The translations under genes were made by a program, and so were the position numbers. A stretch of DNA of 64,000 nt, from positions 90,819 to 154,818 of the forward strand of contig CAVPQW010000006.1 of assembly GCA_963707645.1 (NCBI GenBank), read 5' to 3'. Origin of the DNA: an uncultured Actinomycetes bacterium. Lineage in GTDB: Bacteria > Actinomycetota > UBA4738 > JACQTL01. Shown piece after piece: positions 18,398 through 28,405 of this stretch (its first letter is position 1; every line of letters starts with the position of its first letter). Below the pieces are notes generated by a model. That model had not been told where the DNA came from, did not search any database, and saw nothing but the letters and a program-made list of their open reading frames with translations.

Positions 18398-19508
18398 CGC
18401 CCCGGGACGCCGAACACCACGACCAAGGCCGCGCTGGCGCAAGGCCGCCCTGTGGGCGACCGGCGTGACCGTCGGGGCGGCGGCCGGAGCGGTGGCCACG
18501 AAGGCGCTGATCCGCCGCGACCGCCGCCGCATCGACCCCGAGCGCGGCGAGCACCTCGCCGAGCTCCCGCCGGACGACCTCGGCCCGGTGGTCGCCCCCG
18601 ACGGGACGCTCCTGCACGTCCGCGCGGCCGGCGAGCCCGGCGCCCCCGGCGTCCTGCTGGCCCACGGGTTCAGCCTCGACATGACGACCTGGCACTACCA
18701 GTGGAAGGAGTGGTCGAACCGGTACCGCACGGTGCTGGTCGACCACCGGGGCCACGGCCGGAGCGGAACCTCGCCCAGCCGCGACTACTCGCTGCAGGCC
18801 ATGGGCCGGGACGTCAAGGCGGTCCTCGACGCGGCGTTCCCCGAGGGCCCGGTCGTGCTGGCCGGGCACAGCATGGGCGGCATGGCCATCCTCGCGTTCG
18901 CCGAGGCGCATCCGGAGGAGTTCCGCGGCCGGATCGCCGGCGTGCTCCTCGCCGACACGGCCGCGGCCGAGGTGGTCCGGGGCGCGCTCGGCGGGATCCT
19001 CGGGCGGCTCACCGGCTACAAGGTCCCCGACGAACGGGCGGAGCGCATCCGTGGCTTCATGAAGGAGGGCCGGTCCGACCTCTCCTACCTCGTCGCCCGC
19101 CTGACGAACTTCGGCCACCAGGCCTCGCCCGCGCTCGTCGATTACATCGCGGCGATCTCCGGGCAGGCCCCGATCGAGGTGTGGACGGACTCGCTCGCCG
19201 GCGTGCTCGACCTCGACCTCCGCCACGCGCTGGAACACATCACCGTGCCGGCCCTCGTCGTGGTCGGGGACGTCGACCGGATCACGCCCCCGTCGTCGGC
19301 CCGGGCGCTCGTTCGCGGCCTGCCCCACGGCCGGCTGCTCGTCCTCGAGGGCGCGGGGCACCTCTCGATGCTCGAACGGCACGAGCAGTTCAACGCGGTC
19401 GCGGGGGCGTTCCTGGATCGGGCCTTCTCGGAATGGAGCGCCCGTGCCCCGGCGTCGGCCTCTGCCTCGGGGACCACCCGGCGGCGCTCCCGGGGCGCGT
19501 CCGCGTGA
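18390..19508 (+). CDS. alpha/beta-fold hydrolase with N-terminal membrane anchor
   Basis: HGF oxyanion region (VLLAHGFSLD) and nucleophile elbow GHSMGG. A hydrophobic segment sits near the N-terminus. ATG 18390 overlaps the alr stop by 8 nt (GTG 18381 is also possible). Confidence 0.85.
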   Translation: MPDAPGRRTPRPRPRWRKAALWATGVTVGAAAGAVATKALIRRDRRRIDPERGEHLAELPPDDLGPVVAPDGTLLHVRAAGEPGAPGVLLAHGFSLDMTTWHYQWKEWSNRYRTVLVDHRGHGRSGTSPSRDYSLQAMGRDVKAVLDAAFPEGPVVLAGHSMGGMAILAFAEAHPEEFRGRIAGVLLADTAAAEVVRGALGGILGRLTGYKVPDERAERIRGFMKEGRSDLSYLVARLTNFGHQASPALVDYIAAISGQAPIEVWTDSLAGVLDLDLRHALEHITVPALVVVGDVDRITPPSSARALVRGLPHGRLLVLEGAGHLSMLERHEQFNAVAGAFLDRAFSEWSARAPASASASGTTRRRSRGASA

Positions 19509-20509
19509 GCGACCCGGAGCCCGGCCAGGGGGGGTCGATCGCCGACGTCCCCGGCATCCTCGTCGGGAACGCCACCGACCTCGAGGGCCTCACCGGCTGC
19601 ACCGTCGTGCTGTGCCCCCCGGGGACGGTCGGCTCCGGCGAGGTGCGCGGCGGCGCGCCCGGCACGCGCGAGACCGACCTGCTCCGGCCGGGGATGCTCG
19701 TGAACGAGGTGCACGCCGTCCTCCTGACCGGCGGGAGCGCGTTCGGCCTCGCGGCGGCCGACGGCGTGGTGCGGTTCCTCGAGGAACGGGGGATCGGCTT
19801 CGACGCCGGGGTCGCACATGTGCCGATCGTGCCGGGCGCCGTGCTGTTCGACCTGGGGGTCGGCGACCCGAAGGCCCGCCCGACGGCGGAGGACGGCCAC
19901 GCGGCGGCCGCGAACGCCTCCGCCGAGGTCCCGCAGGGGAACGTCGGGGCCGGCACGGGCGCAACCGTTGCGAAGCTGCACGGCCCGGAGCGGGCGGTGA
20001 AGGGCGGCCTGGGCACCGCGTCGGCCCGCCGCGGCGACCTCGTCGTCGGCACCGTCGTCGCGGTGAACGCGCTGGGGGAGATCCTCGACGACGCGGGCGA
20101 CATCCTGGTCGCCGCGCTGCCCGGAGGGCCGGAGGACGAGGCAAAGCCGTTCCCGGCCGGATCGCCGAACGGCCACGGCCAGCCCGCCGACGACCCCGAC
20201 GCGCCCGGCCTGCCGTTCGGCAACACGACCATCGCGGTCGTCGCCACGAACGCGCGCCTGTCGAAGGAGCGCGCCCACCTGCTCGCCCTCGCCGCGCACG
20301 ACGCACTCGACATCGCCATCCGCCCGGCGCATACAATGCGCGACGGGGACACCGTCTTCTCCCTCGCCACCGGCGAGACGGATGCCCAACAGTCCGAGAT
20401 CGAGGAGATGGCGGTGGAGGTTCTGGCCCGGGCCATTCGCTCCGGCGTGCTGCACGCCGAGACCGTGGCCGGCATCCCCGCCGCGCAGGCGCCGGGAGGA
20501 CCCGCATGA
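19505..20509 (+). CDS. P1/S58-family (DmpA-like) aminopeptidase
   Basis: ITDVPGILVGN-type N-terminus (SIADVPGILVGNATD) and the autoprocessing region NVGAGTGATVAK. The GTG start at 19505 overlaps the upstream stop (GTGA). Confidence 0.8.
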   Translation: MSDPEPGQGGSIADVPGILVGNATDLEGLTGCTVVLCPPGTVGSGEVRGGAPGTRETDLLRPGMLVNEVHAVLLTGGSAFGLAAADGVVRFLEERGIGFDAGVAHVPIVPGAVLFDLGVGDPKARPTAEDGHAAAANASAEVPQGNVGAGTGATVAKLHGPERAVKGGLGTASARRGDLVVGTVVAVNALGEILDDAGDILVAALPGGPEDEAKPFPAGSPNGHGQPADDPDAPGLPFGNTTIAVVATNARLSKERAHLLALAAHDALDIAIRPAHTMRDGDTVFSLATGETDAQQSEIEEMAVEVLARAIRSGVLHAETVAGIPAAQAPGGPA

Positions 20510-21138
20510 CCGGAGACACGCTCACCAGCCGCACGCTCGCCGAGGCAGCAGCCGACGCCTCGACCTGCACGAAGTGCCGCCTGTCCGGCGGCCGGACCCA
20601 GGTCGTCTACGGCGTCGGCAGCCCCGACGCGGACCTCATGTTCATCGGGGAGGGGCCGGGGTTCAACGAGGACAAGCAGGGCATCCCCTTCGTCGGCGCC
20701 GCCGGACAGCTGCTGAACACGATGCTGCAGGAGCACGGCATCCCCCGCGAGGACGTCTACATCGCGAACGTCATCAAGTGCCGCCCTCCGGGCAATCGGG
20801 ACCCGTTGCCCGACGAGATCGAGTCCTGCAAGCCGTGGCTCGAAGAGCAGCTGAACCTGATCAGCCCGTCGGTCATCGTCACCCTGGGGAACTTCGCCAC
20901 GCGGTTCATGCTCAACCAGATGATCTCGATCAGCCGGGTCCGGGGGCAGCGGTTCCGGATCGACGGGCGGACGGTGATCCCGACCTTCCACCCGGCGGCC
21001 ATCCTGCACGGTGGCGGCATGGCCTCGAAGCAGATGCAGGCCCTCCGGGACGACTTCGCCGAGATCCGCCGGGCGCTCGACGAACGCGCCGCCGCGCCGT
21101 CGGAGCCGGAGCCCGAGGAACAGCTCGGCCTGTTCTGA
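20506..21138 (+). CDS. udg: uracil-DNA glycosylase, family 4
   Basis: Cys cluster C-x2-C (CTKCRL), motif [24 protein letters not shown], motif B HPAAIL. The ATG at 20506 overlaps the upstream stop (ATGA). Confidence 0.9.
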   Translation: MTGDTLTSRTLAEAAADASTCTKCRLSGGRTQVVYGVGSPDADLMFIGEGPGFNEDKQGIPFVGAAGQLLNTMLQEHGIPREDVYIANVIKCRPPGNRDPLPDEIESCKPWLEEQLNLISPSVIVTLGNFATRFMLNQMISISRVRGQRFRIDGRTVIPTFHPAAILHGGGMASKQMQALRDDFAEIRRALDERAAAPSEPEPEEQLGLF

Positions 21139-21194
21139 ACCACACGCGACCGGCGGGTGGCCGCATCGCGCCTGCACGGGTACCGTCAGCGGCG

Positions 21195-21710
21195 ATGTCC
21201 ACGCACGCCATCGAGCTCGTCGTCCCCGAGGCCGGCGACATGCGGGCGCTGGGGGAGGCGGTCGGCTCGCTGCTCCTGCCCGGCGACGTGGTCGCGCTCA
21301 CCGGCGACCTCGGGGCGGGGAAGACCACGTTCGTCCAGGGCGCGGCGCTCGGCCTGGGCGCCGACCGGGACCACGTCACCTCGCCGACGTTCACGCTGGT
21401 CAAGGAGTACCGGGGCCGCGTCCCGATCTACCACCTCGACGTGTACCGGCTCGACCGCATCCAGGAGGTCATCGACCTGGGCTTCGAGGAGCTGCTCGAT
21501 CCGGACGGCGTTGCGTTCGTGGAGTGGGGCGACGCCATCGAGGGGCTGCTCCCCGAGGACCACCTCGAGATCGCTATGTACACGCAGGACGACGGCGACA
21601 CGAGGAGTGCGACGCTGACCGCCACCGGCCTGGCCTGGGCGGCCCGGTGGGAGCGGCTCGAGGCCGCCGCCGAGCAGTGGACGACTCCGAGCAAGGGGCC
21701 GGCCGAGTGA
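21195..21710 (+). CDS. tsaE: tRNA t6A37 biosynthesis ATPase TsaE
   Basis: Walker A GDLGAGKTTFVQG, followed by SPTFTLV..Y and the HLDVYRL motifs. Confidence 0.92.
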   Translation: MSTHAIELVVPEAGDMRALGEAVGSLLLPGDVVALTGDLGAGKTTFVQGAALGLGADRDHVTSPTFTLVKEYRGRVPIYHLDVYRLDRIQEVIDLGFEELLDPDGVAFVEWGDAIEGLLPEDHLEIAMYTQDDGDTRSATLTATGLAWAARWERLEAAAEQWTTPSKGPAE

Positions 21711-22411
21711 TCGTCCTCGCGATCGAGACGTCCACGCCCCAGACCACGGTGGCCCTGGGCTCGGAGACCGGCCCGATCGCCTCCACGCTGCTCTCCTCGG
21801 GCCGGTCGCGGCACGAGCTGGTGGTCCCGGCCATCCGGCAGGTGCTCGAATGGGCCGAGACCGACATCGGCCAGGTGGGAGGGATCGCCGTCGGGGTCGG
21901 GCCGGGCCTGTTCACCGGCCTCCGCGTCGGCATCCAGGCAGCGAAGTCGCTGGCCCAGGTGGTCCAGGTCCCGATCATCGGCCTGTCCTCGCTCGACGTG
22001 CTCGCCTCCTCGGTCCGGTACACCAGCCGGGCCATCTGCTCGGTGATCGACGCCCGCCGCAAGGAGGTGTTCTGGTGCCGGTACCGGCCCGTGCCGGACG
22101 GGGTGACCAGGACGACGGAGTTCCGCGTCTCGCCGCCCGACCACCTCGTCGCCGAGCTCGAGGCCGACCGCCGGGACGTCCTGCTGGTCGGCGACGGCGC
22201 CGTCCGGTACCGGCGGGAGCTCCAAGAGGCGGGACCCCACGTGGAGTTCGCGAGCCCTTCGCTCGGGTACCCTCACGCCGACGAGTTGGTGGAGTTGTCC
22301 ATCCCCAGGTTCCTGCGGGAGGAACACGACCGGGTGGCCGACGTGGTCCCCCTCTATCTCAGGAAGTCCGATGCGGAGATCGCTTGGGACAACCGAGCCC
22401 GGACCGGCTGA
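21707..22411 (+). CDS. tsaB: tRNA t6A37 biosynthesis protein TsaB
   Basis: VLAIETSTPQTTVAL..., GVGPGLFTGLRVG. The GTG at 21707 overlaps the tsaE stop (GTGA). Confidence 0.9.
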   Translation: MIVLAIETSTPQTTVALGSETGPIASTLLSSGRSRHELVVPAIRQVLEWAETDIGQVGGIAVGVGPGLFTGLRVGIQAAKSLAQVVQVPIIGLSSLDVLASSVRYTSRAICSVIDARRKEVFWCRYRPVPDGVTRTTEFRVSPPDHLVAELEADRRDVLLVGDGAVRYRRELQEAGPHVEFASPSLGYPHADELVELSIPRFLREEHDRVADVVPLYLRKSDAEIAWDNRARTG

Positions 22412-22928
22412 CCTCGTCGTCGGCCGGATGCGCCGGCGCCACCTGAAGGGCATCCTGGCGATCGAGCGCCAGGTGTACCCCCGGCCGTGGAGCCCCAGCC
22501 TGTTCCTGGCCGAGATGTCCGAGCAGTCGAACCGCACGTACCTGGTGGCGCGCGTCGGCCGCGACGTGGTCGGGTACGCGGGGATGATCTGCTACGGCGA
22601 CGAGGCGCACGTCACGACGATCGCCGTCGACCCCGACCAGCACCGCCGGAAGATCGGCACGCGCCTGCTGCTCGACCTGATCCAGGCCGCGGTCGACATG
22701 GGCGCCCGGGCGGTCTCGCTCGAGGTCCGCGTGTCGAACTGGGGCGCCCAGCGGATGTACGGGCGGTTCGGGTTCCGGCCGGTCGGCGTGCGCAAGAACT
22801 ACTACCAGGAGACCAACGAGGACGCGCTGATCATGTGGGTCGACGACGTCCACTCCGCCGAGTACCAGGACCTGCTCGAGCGCATCGCCGCGCAGGCGGC
22901 ACCCGCCTGGGAGGGCGACCGGGCATGA
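22371..22928 (+). CDS. rimI: ribosomal-protein-alanine N-acetyltransferase
   Basis: GNAT fold with acetyl-CoA motif HRRKIGTRLL, in the tsaB-rimI-tsaD context. The start is uncertain (22371 overlaps tsaB; the alternative is ATG 22428). Confidence 0.85.
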   Translation: MRRSLGTTEPGPADLVVGRMRRRHLKGILAIERQVYPRPWSPSLFLAEMSEQSNRTYLVARVGRDVVGYAGMICYGDEAHVTTIAVDPDQHRRKIGTRLLLDLIQAAVDMGARAVSLEVRVSNWGAQRMYGRFGFRPVGVRKNYYQETNEDALIMWVDDVHSAEYQDLLERIAAQAAPAWEGDRA

Positions 22929-22944
22929 CCCCGGCGACGCGTCC

Positions 22945-23952
22945 GTGAACGTCCTCGGCATCGAGACCTCCTGCGACGAGACCGCCGTGGCCGTCGTCGA
23001 GGACGGGCTTCGTATCCGGTCGAACCTCGTCTCGAGCCAGCACGACGTCCACCGCCGGTTCGGCGGGGTCGTTCCCGAGCTCGCCAGCCGGGCCCACGTC
23101 GAGACGCTCACTCCGCTCGTCGAGGAGGCGCTGGAACAGGCCGGGCTGCGGTTCGCGGACCTCGACGGCGTCGCCGTCACCGTGGGGCCGGGCCTGGTGG
23201 GCGCGCTGCTGGTCGGGATCGCCGCCGCCAAGTCGATCGCGCTCGCCACGGGGGCGCCGTTCATCGGGGTCAACCACCTCGAGGGCCACGTGTACGCGAA
23301 CTTCCTGGAGACCGACCCGCCCGACCCGCCGTACGTGGCGTTCGTGGTCTCCGGGGGCCACACGATGCTCGTGCACATGCCGGACGCGACGACCTACCAC
23401 GTCATGGGGCAGACCCTCGACGATGCGGCCGGGGAGGCGTTCGACAAGATCGCCCGGTTCCTCGGCCTCGGGTACCCGGGAGGGCCGCTGCTCGACAAGC
23501 TCGCGAGATCGGGGAACCCCGACGCGGTGCGGTTCCCCCGCGCGATGGAAGGCCAGGGGTACGACTTCTCGCTCTCCGGCCTCAAGACGAGCGTGATCCG
23601 GCACGTGAAGCGGGAGCGGGCCGCCGGCCGCGAGCCCGACCCGGCCGACCTGGCGGCCTCGTTCCAGGAGGCCGTCGTCGACGTGCAGGTGTCGAAGACC
23701 GTCGCCGCGGCGCGGGAACAGGGAGTGGAGCGGGTGCTGATGGGCGGCGGGGTCGTGGCCAATTCGCGCCTGCGGGAACGGATGCGCGCGGCGGCGGAGG
23801 AGGCCGGGCTCGACCTGCACGTTCCCCCCATGGAGCTGTGCACGGACAACGCGGCGATGATCGCGTGCGCCGGCGCGTACCGGTTGCGGCGCGGGGAGCG
23901 CACCCCGCTCGAGGTCGCGGCCGACCCGGGCCTGCGCCTGGACGCCGCGTGA
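22945..23952 (+). CDS. tsaD: tRNA N6-adenosine threonylcarbamoyltransferase TsaD
   Basis: VNVLGIETSCDETAVAVV..., GVNHLEGH, VSGGHT. GTG start. Confidence 0.95.
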   Translation: MNVLGIETSCDETAVAVVEDGLRIRSNLVSSQHDVHRRFGGVVPELASRAHVETLTPLVEEALEQAGLRFADLDGVAVTVGPGLVGALLVGIAAAKSIALATGAPFIGVNHLEGHVYANFLETDPPDPPYVAFVVSGGHTMLVHMPDATTYHVMGQTLDDAAGEAFDKIARFLGLGYPGGPLLDKLARSGNPDAVRFPRAMEGQGYDFSLSGLKTSVIRHVKRERAAGREPDPADLAASFQEAVVDVQVSKTVAAAREQGVERVLMGGGVVANSRLRERMRAAAEEAGLDLHVPPMELCTDNAAMIACAGAYRLRRGERTPLEVAADPGLRLDAA

Positions 23953-23989
23953 GTGACTCGGGCCCCCGCATGCACGAGAATCGGCGTCC

Positions 23990-24934
23990 GTGACCACGTT
24001 CCTGGTGACCGGGGGCGCCGGCTTCATCGGCTCGCACCTGTCCGACCGGCTCCTCGCCGAGGGGCACCGCGTCGTGGCCGTCGACGACCTGTCCACGGGC
24101 CGGATCGCGAACCTCACCGAGGCCCGGGGGTACGGCAAGGACTTCACGTTCTACAACATGGACGTCCGGACCGAGGGCCTCCGGACGCTGTTCGAACGGC
24201 ACCACCCGGAGGTCGTCATGCACCTGGCGGCCCAGGCCGGCGTGCGGCCGTCGATGGAGGACCCGGAGAAGGACGCGTCGATCAACGTGATCGGCCTGCT
24301 CAACGTGCTGGAGTGCTCGGCATCGACCGGCGTACGGAAGATCGTGTTCGCCTCGAGCGGCGGCACGATCTACGGCGAGCCGCGCCGCCTCCCGGTGAAG
24401 GAGACGGCGACGTCCGGCTCCCACCCGATGTCGCCGTACGGCATCACCAAGAAGCTGGCCGAGGACTACCTGCGGTTCTTCCAGCGGTTCCGGGGCATGG
24501 ACTACACGGCGCTCGCCCTCGGGAACGTGTATGGCCCGCGCCAGGATCCCCACGGCGAGGCCGGTGTGATCTCGATCTTCGCGTCGAAGATGCTCGAGGG
24601 CGAGACCCCCACGATCTACGGCGACGGGAACCAGACGCGCGACTACGTGTTCATCGACGACACGGTGCACGCGTTCGCGCTGGCGGCCGACCGGGGCTCC
24701 GGCCGGCTCGTCAACATCGGGACCAGCCTCGAGACCAGCGTGAACGGGCTGTTTCGGATGCTCTCCGACATCACCGGGTTCGCGGGGCAGCCGCTGTTCG
24801 GCCCGCTCCCGGGCGGCGAGCTCCGGCGGATCTGCCTCGACAACGAGCTCGCCGGCGACCAGCTGGGGTGGCGCCCGTGGACCCACCTCGAGGACGGCCT
24901 CAAGGAGACCGTCGCGTTCATGCGCGAGGGCTGA
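23990..24934 (+). CDS. NAD-dependent epimerase/dehydratase (UDP-sugar 4-epimerase-like SDR)
   Basis: Rossmann motif VTGGAGFIGSHL and catalytic YxxxK (SPYGITKKL). Confidence 0.88.
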   Translation: MTTFLVTGGAGFIGSHLSDRLLAEGHRVVAVDDLSTGRIANLTEARGYGKDFTFYNMDVRTEGLRTLFERHHPEVVMHLAAQAGVRPSMEDPEKDASINVIGLLNVLECSASTGVRKIVFASSGGTIYGEPRRLPVKETATSGSHPMSPYGITKKLAEDYLRFFQRFRGMDYTALALGNVYGPRQDPHGEAGVISIFASKMLEGETPTIYGDGNQTRDYVFIDDTVHAFALAADRGSGRLVNIGTSLETSVNGLFRMLSDITGFAGQPLFGPLPGGELRRICLDNELAGDQLGWRPWTHLEDGLKETVAFMREG

Positions 24935-25089
24935 AGCCCCCGGAGAGCAGCGTGTCGCCGGACCGGCAGTCGACGCGAAGGAAGCAGAAGTCGGTGTTCG
25001 GGCACGATCCAGTGCCCTGCATCGTCGTCCGGACCCTCCTGCTGACCCGTTCGGGCTCCCGCTGACCTCAGGTCGGCCGGGCCGCGGTT

Positions 25090-26403
25090 TCAGTCGGGAA
25101 ACGGGTCGTTGTCGGCGGTGCGTTCGAACACACGCCGGGCCTTGCCCACCTCGCTCCGGGGCATCGAGCCCGGCGCCTGCATCGCCACCGTGACGCGGAG
25201 GCGGAGGCGCTCCGCCAGGCGATCGCGGAGCCGGGCGGCGACCTCGTCCGCCAGGGACTCCGGGACGGCGTGCGCCAGCTCGGCGCGGACCTCCAGCTCG
25301 TTCATCGTTCCCCGGGCATCGACGACGATGGCGTACTGCGCCCCGATGGCCGCGTCGTCCAGCAGGACCGCCTCGATCTCACTCGGGAACACGTTGACGC
25401 CTCGGATCACGAGCATGTCGTCGACCCGGCCGGAGAACCGGGCGATCCGCCGGTGGGTTCGTCCGCACGGGCACTCGCCGTCGACGAACGAGGTGATGTC
25501 CCCTGTGCGGTAGCGGATCACCGGCAGGGCCTCCTTGTTCAACGTCGTCAGCACGAGCTCGCCGAGCGTGCCGGACGCGACCGGATCACCGCTCTCCGGG
25601 TCCACCACCTCCGGCAGGAAGTGGTCGTCGAACACGTGCAGGGCGCCCTTGCCCTCGCGGCACTCCGCAGCCACGCCCGGGCCCATGATCTCCGACAGCC
25701 CGTAGATGTCGCACGCGTCGATCCCGCCCCAGGCCGCCTCGAGCTTGGCCCGGAACGCGTCGGACCAGGGTTCGGCGCCGCAGACCGCGTACCGCAGGCG
25801 GATCCGCTCGAGCAGCCCGTCGGCGGCGGCCCGCTCGGCGAGCAGCATGGCGAACGACGGAGTCGCGCACAGTCCCGCCGCGCCGAGGTCCGCCAGCAGC
25901 TGGACCTGGAGGCCGGGATTGCCGCCCGAGGCCGGGACGACCGTGGCCCCGAGCCGCTCGCCGCCGTAGTGCAGCCCGAGCCCGCCGGTGAACAAGCCGT
26001 AGCCGTACGCGACGTGCAGGACGTCGTCGGCGGTCCCGCCGGCGCACGCGATCGCGCGGGCGTTCACCTCGGCGAACGCGGCGACGTCGGCCGGCGTGTA
26101 GGCGACGATCGTGGGCTTGCCCCGCGTCCCGGAGGAGGCGTGGACCCGGATGGTGTCGCCGAGCGGCACCGCCAGCATTCCGAAGGGGAACGCATCCCGC
26201 AGCTCCGCCTTCACGGTGAACGGCAGCAGCGCGAGGTCGCCGGGTTCCCGGATGCGGTGGGGGTGCACCCCGGCCAGCTTGTCGCGCCAGTACGGGGAGT
26301 CCACGCCGCGCAACCGGACCGCCATGTCCCGGAGGCGCTCCAGCTGCAGACGCTCCCGCTCGCGGACCGACATCGCCTCGACGTCCGGCTGCAGCATCGT
26401 CAC
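25090..26403 (-). CDS. paaK: phenylacetate--CoA ligase
   Basis: PaaK-type N-terminus (ERLQLERLR...PYWR), AMP-binding motif SSGTRGKPT, and YGLSE. Confidence 0.9.
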   Translation of the reverse strand: MTMLQPDVEAMSVRERERLQLERLRDMAVRLRGVDSPYWRDKLAGVHPHRIREPGDLALLPFTVKAELRDAFPFGMLAVPLGDTIRVHASSGTRGKPTIVAYTPADVAAFAEVNARAIACAGGTADDVLHVAYGYGLFTGGLGLHYGGERLGATVVPASGGNPGLQVQLLADLGAAGLCATPSFAMLLAERAAADGLLERIRLRYAVCGAEPWSDAFRAKLEAAWGGIDACDIYGLSEIMGPGVAAECREGKGALHVFDDHFLPEVVDPESGDPVASGTLGELVLTTLNKEALPVIRYRTGDITSFVDGECPCGRTHRRIARFSGRVDDMLVIRGVNVFPSEIEAVLLDDAAIGAQYAIVVDARGTMNELEVRAELAHAVPESLADEVAARLRDRLAERLRLRVTVAMQAPGSMPRSEVGKARRVFERTADNDPFPD

Positions 26404-26471
26404 TGGATTGTCACACGGCGAGGCCCCAGCGCGGTTGGAATATTTCGATCGACTAAGTAGTTTGAAGAGAC

Positions 26472-26942
26472 ATGAGCGCGCAGCGTCCCTCCCCGTCCCG
26501 TCGGTCCGCCGTGCCGGTCAACCGGCTGGCGGCCGACCTCCGGCTGGTCGTGACGCGCATGGCCCGCCGCCTCCGCCAGCACGCCGGCGGCGGCCGGTCC
26601 CCGTCCCAGCTGGCCATGCTCGCCACCATCGAGCGCCGCGGGCCGATGACGCTCGGGGAGCTCGCCGCCGCCGAGCAGGTGCAGCCGCCGACCGTGACCT
26701 CGGTCGTCGCCCGCCTCGAGGAAGGCGGCCTTGTCGTCCGCACCACCCACGAGCGGGACCGCAGGGTGAGCGTGGTCGCCGTCACGCCCGCCGGGGTGGG
26801 ATACCTCCGGGAGAGCCGGCGCGCCAAGGAGGCCTTCCTGGCCCGGAAGCTCGCCGCGATGTCCGACGAGGACCGCGCCGCGCTGGCGCGTTCCACCGTG
26901 CTCCTCGAGGACATGCTCGCGGAACCGCAGGAGGACTCGTGA
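26472..26942 (+). CDS. MarR-family transcriptional regulator
   Basis: Winged-helix region LAMLATIERRGPMTLGELAAAEQVQPPTVTSVVARLEEGGLVVR...DRRV. It is divergent from paaK. Confidence 0.9.
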   Translation: MSAQRPSPSRRSAVPVNRLAADLRLVVTRMARRLRQHAGGGRSPSQLAMLATIERRGPMTLGELAAAEQVQPPTVTSVVARLEEGGLVVRTTHERDRRVSVVAVTPAGVGYLRESRRAKEAFLARKLAAMSDEDRAALARSTVLLEDMLAEPQEDS

Positions 26943-28279
26943 CGGCGATGGAAGCGGGCCGCGCCGCCCGGGCCGCGGCCGCGCGCGCGTCGCACGGCGC
27001 CCGGAAGGCGGCGAACCAGACGTTCCGCTCGCTCCGCACCCGGAACTACCGCCTGTATTTCACCGGCCAGGCCGTGTCGTGGGTCGGCACGTGGATGCAG
27101 TCGGTCGCGCAGGTCTGGCTGATCCTCACCCTGACCCACAGCGGCGTCGCCATCGGCATCACGCTGGCGCTGCAGTTCGGGCCGATCCTCGTGCTCGGGC
27201 CGTGGGGCGGGGTGATGGCCGACCGCCTCGACAAGCGCAAGCTGCTGATGGCAACCCAGACGGCTGCCGGGTCGCTCGCCCTGGTGCTCGGCGTCCTGAC
27301 CGTGACCGACGTTGTCGAGCCGTGGATGGTCTACGCGCTGGCCGGCCTGTTCGGGATCGTGACCGCCCTCGACAACCCGGCCCGGCAGTCGTTCATCGTC
27401 GAGATGGTCGGCCGCCAGGACGTGCCCAACGCCGTCAGCCTCAACAGCGTCCTCATGAACGCCGCCCGCGTGATCGGCCCCGGCATCGCGGGCCTGCTGA
27501 TCGCCACAGTCGGCACCGGGCCGTGCTTCCTGATCAACGCCGCCTCGTTCGTCGCGGTGATCGTCGCGCTGTGGCGGATGCGCCCGGAGGAGCTCATCCG
27601 CAGCGAGCCCACGCCCCGCGCGAAGGGCCAGCTCCGGGAGGGCCTCGCGTACGTGGCCCGGACGCCGGCGCTCCGCCGCCCGCTCCTGCTGATGGCGGTG
27701 GTCGGGACGTTCGGGTTCAACTTCGCGACGCTCCTGCCGCTGTTCGCGACCGAGTCGCTGCACCAGGGCGCGGGTGGGTACGGCGTGCTGTTCTCCGCGA
27801 TGGGCATCGGTGCGGTCGCCGGGGGCCTCGTCATCGCCTGGCGGGGCACGACGGGGGACCGGATCGTTGCGGCGGGCGCCGCCGCCTTCGGGGCCGGGGT
27901 GCTCCTGCTGTCGGCCATGCCGGCGTACGGCTGGGCGCTCCTCGCGATGGTCCCCCTGGGCGTCGCCAACACGGTGTTCATCTCGACCTCGAACGCCCTC
28001 CTGCAGGAACACGCCACGCCGGCCATGCGCGGCCGGGTGATGGCGTTGTTCGGCATGGTGTTCCTGGGAACGACACCCATCGGAGCGCCGCTCGCCGGGT
28101 GGGCCGCGGAGGCGTTCGGCCCCCGGCTCGCGCTGGCTCTGTCAGGGGCGATCGTGATGCTCGCGGCCGGCGTGACCGCGTGGGCGCTCCGGCGGGCGGG
28201 CGCGAGGGCGACCCGTCCGGCGGCCGCCGAGCCGGCCGCGCTCGCGGCGATGGGCGCCGCCCCGGCGCGCTCCTCGTAG
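26939..28279 (+). CDS. MFS transporter (EntS/MFS_3-like)
   Basis: FRSLRTRNYRLYFTGQAVSWVGTWMQSVAQVWLIL... with 12 TM helices. The GTG at 26939 overlaps the marR stop (GTGA). Confidence 0.88.
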   Translation: MTAMEAGRAARAAAARASHGARKAANQTFRSLRTRNYRLYFTGQAVSWVGTWMQSVAQVWLILTLTHSGVAIGITLALQFGPILVLGPWGGVMADRLDKRKLLMATQTAAGSLALVLGVLTVTDVVEPWMVYALAGLFGIVTALDNPARQSFIVEMVGRQDVPNAVSLNSVLMNAARVIGPGIAGLLIATVGTGPCFLINAASFVAVIVALWRMRPEELIRSEPTPRAKGQLREGLAYVARTPALRRPLLLMAVVGTFGFNFATLLPLFATESLHQGAGGYGVLFSAMGIGAVAGGLVIAWRGTTGDRIVAAGAAAFGAGVLLLSAMPAYGWALLAMVPLGVANTVFISTSNALLQEHATPAMRGRVMALFGMVFLGTTPIGAPLAGWAAEAFGPRLALALSGAIVMLAAGVTAWALRRAGARATRPAAAEPAALAAMGAAPARSS

Positions 28280-28339
28280 CGACTCCGTCCGGAGTCGTCG
28301 CCGGCCCGCGTTGACCATTCCGAAGCCCCTCCGTTATCC

Positions 28340-28366
28340 TTAGCACTCGCAGGAAGTGAGTGCTAG
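28340..28366 (+). promoter_or_regulatory. CIRCE operator (HrcA binding site) upstream of groES
   Basis: TTAGCACTC-GCAGGAAGT-GAGTGCTAG, compared with the consensus TTAGCACTC-N9-GAGTGCTAA (one mismatch). It lies 40 nt upstream of the groES ATG. Confidence 0.9.
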
Positions 28367-28405
28367 CAGTCAGGTCCCGCGAGTCGGAAAACAGGAGGGA
28401 AGCAA

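Noticed and set aside
26445-26452. A TCGATCGA palindrome in the relatively AT-rich paaK/marR divergent promoter region, considered as a possible MarR operator.
   Set aside because: It is only 8 bp, with no extended inverted-repeat arms. It is too short to distinguish from chance without comparative data.
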